Positions 1 through 7,653 of a DNA stretch of 43,956 nt are shown piece by piece. The translations under genes and the position numbers were made by a program. The notes under the pieces are model-generated. The model did no database searches. It had not been told where the DNA came from and was given only the letters and a program-made list of their open reading frames with translations. This stretch comes from an uncultured Bacilli bacterium. GTDB lineage: Bacteria; Bacillota_I; Bacilli_A; RF39; UBA660. Location of the stretch: positions 1-43,956 of the forward strand of contig CANQEQ010000001.1 of the NCBI GenBank assembly GCA_947595345.1, read 5' to 3'. Each line of letters starts with the position of its first letter. The first letter of the stretch is position 1.

Positions 1-13
1 TAATTTTTTAATT

Positions 14-61
14 AAAAAAACGTATAAAAACTTAGCATATAAATTGCTAATTTTTTATACG
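14..61 (-). terminator. Rho-independent terminator for the small minus-strand ORF at 107..175
   Basis: The arms cgtataaaaa (21-30) and tttttatacg (52-61) pair, and the inner ttagca (32-37) pairs with tgctaa (45-50). The loop is 7 nt. On the minus strand the stem is followed by T7 (plus-strand a14-a20). Confidence 0.6.
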
Positions 62-106
62 ATTATTCTAGATTTTTACAATATGAAAATACTAGGTTAG
101 TTGTAC

Positions 107-175
107 CTAAAGTACCCCCCCCCAGGTTGAGTTGCACTTAACTTTATTTCCTATTTTTACTTGGTATTTTTTCAT
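107..175 (-). CDS. Tiny ORF of 22 codons as assembled (MKKYQVKIGNKVKCNSTWGGVL), containing a G9 tract. A G10 tract would give a 37-aa product ending 2 nt before the terminator.
   Basis: A strong SD (AGGAGG, plus-strand cctcct at 185-190) lies 9 nt upstream of the ATG (plus-strand cat at 173-175). The terminator hairpin is immediately downstream. The ORF is not in the supplied track because it is too short. Confidence 0.35.
   Translation of the reverse strand: MKKYQVKIGNKVKCNSTWGGVL
115..123. repeat. C9/G9 homopolymer tract
   Basis: The tract reads ccccccccc. It is the only G/C homopolymer of 7 or more that I saw in this AT-rich window, and it lies inside the tiny minus-strand ORF. Confidence 0.9.
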
Positions 176-472
176 TTTTTTATACCTCCTTGTCCCTATT
201 TTCTAATACCATATTACTACATTTTTTTCTCTTTTTCAAGTACTTTATTTAATAAGAAAACACATGAACATTTTTATTATATTTTATTCATATGTCTAAT
301 TTTAGCAAATTTTAATATAGTTGTTTACAAATTTATATTTATCTATTATAATTTTATTTGTAGGAAGTAGTTTAGTTTTATACTAAATGCCTGCCTTAAA
401 ATTTTTAGCAAGCATTGTTAATCTTAGTTAACAGTGCATTTTATTTTATTATAGAATAGGGGGAAAGATAAT

Positions 473-832
473 ATGTTTGGAGAAAGGTTAAAGAGTGCAT
501 TACAAAATGCTGGTATAACGCAGATTAAGTTATCTCAAGAATTAGGATTATCACAGTAAGCTATAAATAGATGGTGCAATAATATAACCGAACCAGATAA
601 TAAAATGATAGTTAATGTTGCTAAATGTTTAAATGTTTCAACAGACTATCTTTTAGGAAATGACGTTAAAATTAATAAGTCTGAAGAAGAAATTAAAGAA
701 AAAGAAGCTTTAAAAAAACTTCTTATTGAAAATGGTTATTTAAGTGAAAATGAAGAATTAACAAAAGAAGAATTAAAAAATTTAATAGAATTTATAAAAA
801 TTAATAGAAAATATATCAAGGCCGTTAAATAG
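473..832 (+). pseudogene. XRE-family HTH regulator interrupted by an in-frame TAA at 557-559
   Basis: From ATG 473 (SD ggggga) the frame reads MFGERLKSALQNAGITQIKLSQELGLSQ-TAA-AINRWCNN...NVSTDYLLGND, in the same frame as track ORF 605..832. It aligns without gaps to the neighbouring paralog 858..1214, where the equivalent codon 29 is CAA (Gln). Confidence 0.7.
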
Positions 833-857
833 TTATTAAAATAGGGGGATAATTTGA

Positions 858-1214
858 ATGTTTAGTAAAAGGTTAAAAGAACTAAGAGAAAGTAGAAATA
901 TGTATCAAAAAGAATTAGCTTATGAATTAAATGTTACAGTGCAAACTATAAGTGGTTGGGAAATTGATAGAACTACTCCTGATTATGAAACTTTAATTAA
1001 AATAGCTAACTTTTTTAATGTTTCTATTGATTTTCTATTAGGTAACGAAGAAAATGCTACTAAACTTAAAATTAAATTAAATGAAAAAGCTGTTTTAAAA
1101 AAACTGCTTGTTAAAAATAATTATATGAAAGAAAATGAAGAATTAACTGATAAAGAAATAGAAAGGCTTATGGATTTCATTAAAATAAATAAAGATTATA
1201 TTAAGAGTAAATAA
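858..1214 (+). CDS. XRE-family helix-turn-helix transcriptional regulator, the intact tandem paralog of 473..832
   Basis: The N-terminus reads MFSKRLKELRESRNMYQKELAYELNVTVQTISGWE...NVSIDFLLGNE, a typical HTH_3 pattern. The C-terminal block LKKLLVKNNYMKENEELTDKEIERLMDFIKINKDYIK is shared with the upstream paralog. The same ataggggga SD context is present. Confidence 0.8.
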   Translation: MFSKRLKELRESRNMYQKELAYELNVTVQTISGWEIDRTTPDYETLIKIANFFNVSIDFLLGNEENATKLKIKLNEKAVLKKLLVKNNYMKENEELTDKEIERLMDFIKINKDYIKSK

Positions 1215-1281
1215 TTTATACCTTTAATAATTAAATCTTTTCTTTTTTTATATTAATGATAATCTTTTATTAGGTGATGAT

Positions 1282-1500
1282 ATGAAATTTGTAGCTAATA
1301 ATTACAAATCAACGGAAATTATTAGGATTATAAGAGAATGGAGCGAACTAAATCAAACTGAATTTGGTAAAACTATTAATAGAAGCAGAGATAGTATAAA
1401 CAATATAGAAAACGGACGAAATAGAATGTTTTTAAATGATTTTTTAGATATGTGTAATAAGCATAATATAAAAATTACTATTGAAAAAACAAAAAATTAA
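1282..1500 (+). CDS. Small HTH-like DNA-binding protein (72 aa)
   Basis: The segment LNQTEFGKTINRSRDSINNIENGRN resembles an XRE/Cro-type helix-turn-helix. SD aggtga is present. Confidence 0.5.
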   Translation: MKFVANNYKSTEIIRIIREWSELNQTEFGKTINRSRDSINNIENGRNRMFLNDFLDMCNKHNIKITIEKTKN

Positions 1501-1531
1501 CCACAAAAAAACTTGCATTATCTACAAGCTT

Positions 1532-2161
1532 TTATTTTTTATTTTTTAAAGGCATTCCTTTTTTTATTAATAGATTAACATAATCAACTAAACCATACAT
1601 TATTAAGAATATTAAGAATACATTAATATTACCCATAGTTCCTAATGGATTACAGAAAATTGATATAAATATTATTCCTAACATATAAACAAAGAAACCT
1701 ATGACTAAATATCTCTTTATCTTTTTAATTATTTCTATATTATCTTTATTAAATGGATTTTGTAAATTCTTCTCTTTTAATAATTTTCTAGTCATTACTG
1801 AAACAAGAACAAATGATAATATATAAACTTCAACTGTTATAATCTTAGCCCAAGTAAACATTATTACTTTAGAACTTGATACAGCTTCATTTTCTATTAA
1901 CTCTCTTTCATAATCAGTCGTTATGAAGTAAACATAATTAAAATTATCTTCCTCATCTTCACTTGTAAAGTTTGGGTCATAGAAATTACTTATATAATCT
2001 GGAAAATTCTCTTGGTCAAATATATGCAAAACTGTATTCGTTCCATATAAAATTATTTGCAAACTATTAATTAATAATATAAATAACAAAATTACTTCAA
2101 ATATAATACTTACACACCAAAGTAAAGGTTTCCCCTTTGTATTTTTTTTATTCTTTTCCAT
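1532..2161 (-). CDS. Hypothetical multi-pass membrane protein
   Basis: The 209-aa ORF has about four hydrophobic segments and a Lys-rich N-terminus. I recognised no motif. It may be DUF2975-like, but that is a guess. Confidence 0.5.
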   Translation of the reverse strand: MEKNKKNTKGKPLLWCVSIIFEVILLFILLINSLQIILYGTNTVLHIFDQENFPDYISNFYDPNFTSEDEEDNFNYVYFITTDYERELIENEAVSSSKVIMFTWAKIITVEVYILSFVLVSVMTRKLLKEKNLQNPFNKDNIEIIKKIKRYLVIGFFVYMLGIIFISIFCNPLGTMGNINVFLIFLIMYGLVDYVNLLIKKGMPLKNKK

Positions 2162-2256
2162 ATCATCACCTATTATATGAATAGTATAAAATATGTATTT
2201 CTTTTAGTCAAGATAAAGGCCTAAAAAAAATGAACTTAAAATAAAGTTCATAATTA

Positions 2257-2880
2257 CTATTCAATAGGCTTTCCACATTCAGGGCAGAACTTAACATTAG
2301 GATTTAATTTAGTTCCACAATGAATACAAAAATTATTAGCAGGCTTTTTAGGTTCTTCTTCAACTACTTCTTTAATAACTTCAACCGGTTTAATATCCTT
2401 ATCACGGTTTAAATATAAGAATATACCACCTAAATTATTATATAAAGCTGTTAGAACTGTATATAAAGTTGACTTATTAGAAGCTACAACTTTAAAAATA
2501 TTATAATATGCAATTGTATGTAAAACTACTAAAGCAATAGATAAGCCATAACTTAAAAAGTTATTACCAAAATCTAAAATATAAGCAGCTATACCAATTC
2601 CCATTGTAACCCAAGTTAAAGTTTCATTTTTCTTACTAGGTTCAGCATAAATTTCATAACCAAGTTTTCCAATTAAATAACTTCTTCCACCCGGAATAAA
2701 AGCTAGCCAAGCATTAGCTATATTATTTTTCTTAGCAAAACTCATTATACCAAGACTTGCAAATACATAAGCAGCTATTACAAGTCCTAAGGCAACTATC
2801 ATTATAAAAACAATTATAGCCCATACCCCAACAGGAACTCCTAAATTTCCTATATCTTCAATTATATTAAAATTATACAT
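2257..2880 (-). CDS. Membrane protein with a C-terminal zinc-ribbon
   Basis: There are several TM segments, followed by the C-terminal FCIHCGTKLNPNVKFCPECGKPIE (CxxC-N10-CxxC). Confidence 0.6.
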   Translation of the reverse strand: MYNFNIIEDIGNLGVPVGVWAIIVFIMIVALGLVIAAYVFASLGIMSFAKKNNIANAWLAFIPGGRSYLIGKLGYEIYAEPSKKNETLTWVTMGIGIAAYILDFGNNFLSYGLSIALVVLHTIAYYNIFKVVASNKSTLYTVLTALYNNLGGIFLYLNRDKDIKPVEVIKEVVEEEPKKPANNFCIHCGTKLNPNVKFCPECGKPIE

Positions 2881-2883
2881 ATA

Positions 2884-3984
2884 TCACCTATTAAATCTAA
2901 AATGGCAAATATCACCATCTTGCATTATATAATCCTTTCCCTCAATTCTTAATTTTCCAAGCTCCCTTACTTTAAGTTCACTTCCAGCTTCTATTAAATC
3001 ATTATAACTAATAACTTCAGCTTTAATGAAACCTTCTTTAAAATCTGTATGAATAATACCAGCACACTCTCTAGCATTCATACCATCTTTAAATGTCCAA
3101 GCTCTTACTTCATCACTTCCAACAGTAAAGTAAGTCTTTAAACCTAGTATTTCATAAGTGGCATTTATTAAATCGTCTAAACCACTTGTTTTTATACCAA
3201 GCATTTCTAACATTTCATTTTTTTCTTCAATTGAAAGTTCAGCTAATTCACTTTCAACTTTAGCACACATTTTTATAACTTTACTAAAACTTTTTTTAGC
3301 ATAATCTTCTAATTCTTTAACATAATTATTAGCATCATTTGTTAAATCTTCTTCTTTTATATTAGCAACATAGATAATTGGTTTCATAGTTAGAAATTGA
3401 TAACCTATGATTTTAGTCTTTTCCTCATCTGTAAAAGTAATATCTCTTAAAGCTCCACCTTTTTCTAAAACTTCCTTAGCTTTAGTCAAGGCACTTACTT
3501 CAATTAAAGCATCAGTATCTTTTGTAGTCATAGCTTTTTTAGCTATTTTATCTAAACGATTATTTACTATTTCTAAATCACTGATTGATAACTCTAAATT
3601 AATAATATCAACATCTCGTAAAGGATTGGTACTTCCTTCAACATGAATTATATTAGAATCGTCAAAACAACGTACAACTTCTACAATAGCATCAACTTCT
3701 CTTATATGAGATAAAAATTTATTTCCTAAACCTTCACCATTTGAAGCTCCTTTAACAAGTCCTGCTATATCTGTAAATTCATAACTAGCCATGATTAAAC
3801 GTTCAGGCATATACATATCATTTAAAACATTCATTCTATTATCTGGAACATTTACAACTCCCACATTTGGTTCAATAGTTGCAAAAGGATAATTAGCAGC
3901 TAATATATTTTGTTTAGTAATGGCATTAAAAAGGGTAGACTTTCCAACATTAGGTAGTCCAACAATACCAGCTTTTAAACTCAT
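2884..3984 (-). CDS. ychF: Ribosome-binding ATPase YchF
   Basis: The sequence MSLKAGIVGLPNVGKSTLFNAIT...NYPFATIEPNVGVV...DIAGLVKGAS...CHFRFNR is the canonical YchF/OLA1 pattern. The gene ends in TGA. Confidence 0.95.
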   Translation of the reverse strand: MSLKAGIVGLPNVGKSTLFNAITKQNILAANYPFATIEPNVGVVNVPDNRMNVLNDMYMPERLIMASYEFTDIAGLVKGASNGEGLGNKFLSHIREVDAIVEVVRCFDDSNIIHVEGSTNPLRDVDIINLELSISDLEIVNNRLDKIAKKAMTTKDTDALIEVSALTKAKEVLEKGGALRDITFTDEEKTKIIGYQFLTMKPIIYVANIKEEDLTNDANNYVKELEDYAKKSFSKVIKMCAKVESELAELSIEEKNEMLEMLGIKTSGLDDLINATYEILGLKTYFTVGSDEVRAWTFKDGMNARECAGIIHTDFKEGFIKAEVISYNDLIEAGSELKVRELGKLRIEGKDYIMQDGDICHFRFNR

Positions 3985-3993
3985 AATTCCTCC

Positions 3994-5589
3994 TTACACA
4001 GTTGGACTTACTCCTGGTCCAATTGGTAAACCTATTATATACCAACCTATTAAAAGTAGCAACCATGTAAGTGAAATAATTAAACAATATGGCATGATAA
4101 TTTTAATAGCTTTAAATATTCCAATTGGATTATCAGTATCTTTATTATATATATTCATATAAGCTATAAAAATAACAAAGAAGGTTGATAAAGGGGTAAT
4201 TCCTTTAGTCATGGAGTCAGCTGCTCGTAAAACAAATTGTAAAAATTGAGGAGCTATATTAAATTGCATTAAAGGAGGAATTATAACTGGAGCTAAAATC
4301 TGCCACTTAGCACCAGCCATTGGTAAAAATAAATTAGCTAAGGCTATTAATAAAATAGCAATTATAAGTAAAGGAATACCACCAAAGTTAACACTATCAA
4401 TTACATTAGCAACAATACCGGTAATAATAGTATCAATATTAGTTTTTCTAAATACAAAGATAAATTGAGAAGCAAAGAAAATTAATATTAATATTCCTCC
4501 TAAATCTCTTAAATTATCATGACTTCCAATAAAGACATCTCTATCATTTTTAAATGTTTTAGAACCTATTCCATAAGCAAGACCAGTTACTATAAATAGA
4601 AGTGACATCATATAAGTAAACCCATCTTGGAAATAGGAATTATCTCCAAATATTTGTTTTAAATAAGTTTTCTCATTCATATCTAAAAGCATTCCTGATA
4701 AAGGTAGGTTAGGAATAACTGAATAAATAAAGATTATTATCATTATAATAGAAGCAATTAAAGCATATTTAGCACCACGATGTTCTTTATATTCTCTACT
4801 TAATCTTTCTTCTTCACTTTCTATATCGTCAATTACTTCAATATCATTTTCAGCTTGTAAATCTCTTTTTTCTTTTTGTTTACCAAACTTAGGTACTATA
4901 AATTTTTCTACAATGATTGTTCCAACAATTGCTAAAATAATTGTTGTTACTATCATGATAAATAAATTTGATAAAATACTAACATGAAAATTCTCGTCAA
5001 CTAATCTTGCAGCACTTGTTGTATAAGGAATTAAAGTAACTTCACTTGAACCAGCAAATATAGAGGTTCCACTTCCAAAGGCAATTCCACAAAAAGCTGC
5101 AATTATACCTGACAAGGGATTTCTCCCTTTAAGTTCATAAATACTAGCTGCAATTGGTATTAAAATCAAATAACCAATATCATTAATTATCGTTGATACA
5201 ATACCTATAAAAATTATTAAAAAGGTTAAAATTCTATTATCAATTTTAGAAAATAGCTTCTTAGATAAATATTCCATAAAGCCACTTGCCATCATAACTG
5301 ACATACCTATTGCTGTTAGAATAAACATACTAAGAGGAGCAAAACTAATAAAGTTAGCAGAAGCACTACTAATTATATATTTAAGTCCATCATAATTAAA
5401 AAGATTTTCAACAATTACTGTATTTTGAACAATTGATAAATCAGCTTGATTAATCGTACTATATGTTGTTTGAAAATTAACTTTACTTAAAATTCCACTT
5501 ACAATTACTGTTAATAAAGTTAATAAAATATATGTTGTTACAGGATGCATTTTTATTCTTTTTAATCTCATTTTTTTTCTTTTATTCAT
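3994..5589 (-). CDS. AbgT-family (p-aminobenzoyl-glutamate/MtrF-type) transporter
   Basis: It is a polytopic membrane protein. The C-terminus LTWLLLLIGWYIIGLPIGPGVSPTV closely matches the E. coli AbgT C-terminus as I remember it (WLLMLLAWYLVGLPIGPGIYP). The likely start is ATG 5589 behind gaaggtg. The track begins at GTG 5598. Confidence 0.85.
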   Translation of the reverse strand: MNKRKKMRLKRIKMHPVTTYILLTLLTVIVSGILSKVNFQTTYSTINQADLSIVQNTVIVENLFNYDGLKYIISSASANFISFAPLSMFILTAIGMSVMMASGFMEYLSKKLFSKIDNRILTFLIIFIGIVSTIINDIGYLILIPIAASIYELKGRNPLSGIIAAFCGIAFGSGTSIFAGSSEVTLIPYTTSAARLVDENFHVSILSNLFIMIVTTIILAIVGTIIVEKFIVPKFGKQKEKRDLQAENDIEVIDDIESEEERLSREYKEHRGAKYALIASIIMIIIFIYSVIPNLPLSGMLLDMNEKTYLKQIFGDNSYFQDGFTYMMSLLFIVTGLAYGIGSKTFKNDRDVFIGSHDNLRDLGGILILIFFASQFIFVFRKTNIDTIITGIVANVIDSVNFGGIPLLIIAILLIALANLFLPMAGAKWQILAPVIIPPLMQFNIAPQFLQFVLRAADSMTKGITPLSTFFVIFIAYMNIYNKDTDNPIGIFKAIKIIMPYCLIISLTWLLLLIGWYIIGLPIGPGVSPTV

Positions 5590-5788
5590 TTTCTGCACCT
5601 TCTAAAGAAATAATTTTCTTTATTTTTTTATTAAACTCTACCCGGGGGAGCATTACAACATGCCCACAATTAAGACATTTAATTTTAATATCAGCACCAA
5701 GTCTTACTACACTCCAATTATTAGCACCACATGGGTGAGGCTTTTTCATAGTAAGAATGGTTCCTACATTATATTTTTTTTCTTCCAT
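5582..5788 (-). CDS. DUF951 (YyzM-like) small protein
   Basis: The 68-aa sequence MKKPHPCGANNWSVVRLGADIKIKCLNCGH fits the DUF951 pattern. Its position between spo0J and ychF matches Bacillus. Confidence 0.7.
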   Translation of the reverse strand: MEEKKYNVGTILTMKKPHPCGANNWSVVRLGADIKIKCLNCGHVVMLPRVEFNKKIKKIISLEGAENE

Positions 5789-5809
5789 ATAAACTCACTT
5801 ATTCTTATT

Positions 5810-6700
5810 TTATAATTTTTCTTCTATATCTAAAATTTCTATAATCCGATTAAAATCATTCAAATCATCAAAGTTAATTTCTATTTTACTTCCCCGAATA
5901 CGAACTTTTGTACCAAGTTTTTCACATAATAACTCTTGAACATATTTGTAAGTTTTACTTTCTTCGGTTTCTCTTCGTTCCATTTTATTACGTTTTTCAT
6001 AAGTTTTATCTTGAGCAAGTTCTTCAACTGAAGCAGAGGTTAAACCTTCATTTATTATTCTATCAGCTAAAGCTTCTACTTTAGCTACATCTTTAATTTT
6101 ACTTAAAGTTCTAGCATGAGTTGCTGGTATTTTTTTAGCAATAACTAATTCTTTAACACTATCAGGTAAATTAATTAGTCCTACCATATTAGTTACATAA
6201 CTACGACTTTTGCCAATTCTTTTAGCTAATTCTTCATGGGAAAGACCTCTAGCTTCCATTAAACTTTGATAAGCTAAAGCTTCTTCAATAGGGTTTTAAT
6301 CTTCTCTTTGTAAGTTTTCAAGTAAAGCTATTTCCATCATTTCTTGGTCATTAAAGTCACGAACAATAGCCGGAATTGTCGCTCTACCAGCAAGACTTGA
6401 GGCTTTAACCCGACGTTCACCAGCTACAATTTCATAACCTTTAATACTTTTTTTAACAATAATAGGTTGAAAAACACCATGTTCTTTAATTGAGTCAGCA
6501 AGTTCAGCTAAAGCTTTTTCATCAAACACTTTTCTTGGCTGATAAGGATTACTACGAAGTTCACTTATATTTATTTCTAAAATTTCTTCTTTAGGAGTAT
6601 CAGCCACGATTTGTTCTTCTAAAGTTTCAATATCTAAAACTTCAGCTCCAAATAATTCTTCTAAACCTTTTCCTAAGGCTCTTCTTCTAGATGTTTCCAT
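5810..6700 (-). pseudogene. parB: ParB/Spo0J chromosome-partitioning protein interrupted by an in-frame TAA at 6296-6298
   Basis: The track splits the gene into 6296..6700 (METSRRRALGKGLEELFG...IVAGERRVKA...LLENLQRED) and 5810..6259 (MEARGLSHEELAKRIGKSRSYVTNM...). Reading through gives ...LQRED-TAA-NPIEEALAYQSLMEARGLS in one frame. The stop replaces the conserved Leu of the LQRExLnPiEEA motif. Confidence 0.85.
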
Positions 6701-7472
6701 TTCGCATTATCACTTCCTTTGCTAAATTTATATAAGCTTCTGACCCTTTACTTTTAGGGTCATATGAGACAATTGGTTTACCATGACTAGGTGCTTCAGC
6801 TAGTCTAATTAATCTTGGAATAATTGTATCATAAACTTTATCTTTAAAATAACTTCTAATTTCTTCTATTACATCAAGTCCTAAATTAGATTTTGATAAC
6901 ATTGTTAAAAGTACTCCTTCAAGGTCTAAACTTGGATTTAAGTTCTTTTGAGCAAGCATAACAGTATTTAATAATTGAGTAATTCCTTCAAGCGCATAAA
7001 ACTCACATTGAACTGGAATTAAAACAGAATTACTAGCCGTTAGAGCATTAGTTGTTATCATACCTAAACTAGGGGGACAGTCTATTATAATATAATTGTA
7101 TTTATCTTTTATATCAGCTATTTTTTCTTTTAATTGATATTGTTTTCTAAAACTAGTATCAACCCGACTTTTTTCCATTAATTCTATATCAATACCGGCT
7201 AATTGAATTGTAGCTGGCATAATATCTAACTTTGGAAAATCAGTTTTTACAATGACATCTTCGGCACTACAATTTCCTCTTAATAAATCATAGATGCTTT
7301 TATCAATATCACCTTTATTTATTCCAACTCCGGTTGTTGCATTTCCTTGAGGGTCAAGGTCTATCAATAAAACACTCTTTCCAAGTAAGGCTAAAGAGGC
7401 TGATAAATTTATACTGGTTGTAGTTTTTCCAACTCCACCTTTTTGATTTACTAATGATATTATTTTTCCCAT
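6687..7472 (-). CDS. soj: ParA/Soj chromosome-partitioning ATPase
   Basis: The deviant Walker A is present in MGKIISLVNQKGGVGKTTTSINL. Other ParA landmarks include DLDPQGNAT and IIIDCPPSLG. It overlaps the parB start by 14 nt. Confidence 0.95.
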   Translation of the reverse strand: MGKIISLVNQKGGVGKTTTSINLSASLALLGKSVLLIDLDPQGNATTGVGINKGDIDKSIYDLLRGNCSAEDVIVKTDFPKLDIMPATIQLAGIDIELMEKSRVDTSFRKQYQLKEKIADIKDKYNYIIIDCPPSLGMITTNALTASNSVLIPVQCEFYALEGITQLLNTVMLAQKNLNPSLDLEGVLLTMLSKSNLGLDVIEEIRSYFKDKVYDTIIPRLIRLAEAPSHGKPIVSYDPKSKGSEAYINLAKEVIMRNGNI

Positions 7473-7504
7473 ATTGTACCACCTTCTATATCGTTGTCAT
7501 TTAT

Positions 7505-7533
7505 ATTCTATCAAATAATAGGAAAATAAGCAA
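7505..7533 (-). promoter_or_regulatory. Putative sigma-A promoter of soj-parB
   Basis: On the minus strand the promoter reads TTGCTT, a 17-nt spacer, then TGA-TAGAAT (extended -10). It lies about 30 nt upstream of the soj SD (gaaggtgg). Confidence 0.55.
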
Positions 7534-7603
7534 AGGTATTTAGTAATTATCTTTAATTTTTTTAGCCTTAAACCCTTGATTTTATTAAGGGAAATAGAAA
7601 TTT

Positions 7604-7648
7604 AAAAAAAGTTATTAATTTTCTTAGCAAGTAATCAATTAATAACTT
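7604..7648 (-). terminator. Rho-independent terminator after noc
   Basis: A 12-bp AT-rich stem pairs plus-strand 7609-7620 with 7637-7648. It is followed on the minus strand by a T-run (plus-strand a7604-a7608). Confidence 0.55.
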
Positions 7649-7653
7649 AATTT

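Noticed and set aside
161-370. Track ORF of 69 aa (MVFFHFFIPPCPYF...)
   Set aside because: It starts at TTG and has no SD. It is a low-complexity Phe/Ile/Tyr translation of AT-rich intergenic DNA. Its 5' end overlaps the much better supported minus-strand SD/ATG at 173-190.
386-416. Imperfect inverted repeat aatgcctgc...gcaagcatt upstream of the first XRE gene, considered as an operator
   Set aside because: It is a single copy with one mismatch and no second site for comparison. It is noted only.
2884-2886. Possibility of a Mollicutes-type code (TGA = Trp), given the very low GC and minimal SRP RNA
   Set aside because: ychF ends in TGA exactly at the conserved ...HFRFN(R/V) C-terminus. Trp residues I checked are TGG. 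All long conserved genes are intact under code 11.
3407-4162. Plus-strand ORFs 3407..3646 and 3920..4162, plus similar antisense ORFs at 5532..5738, 11255..11443, 14185..14436, 15214..15408, 21033..21218, 23908..24186, 25487..25681, 25826..26038, 26892..27086 and 33383..33592
   Set aside because: Each lies entirely or largely antisense to a confidently identified conserved gene (ychF, abgT-like, mnmG, mnmE, dnaN, recF, gyrB, gyrA, dnaX). They have Ser/Phe/Ile-rich junk composition and no SD.
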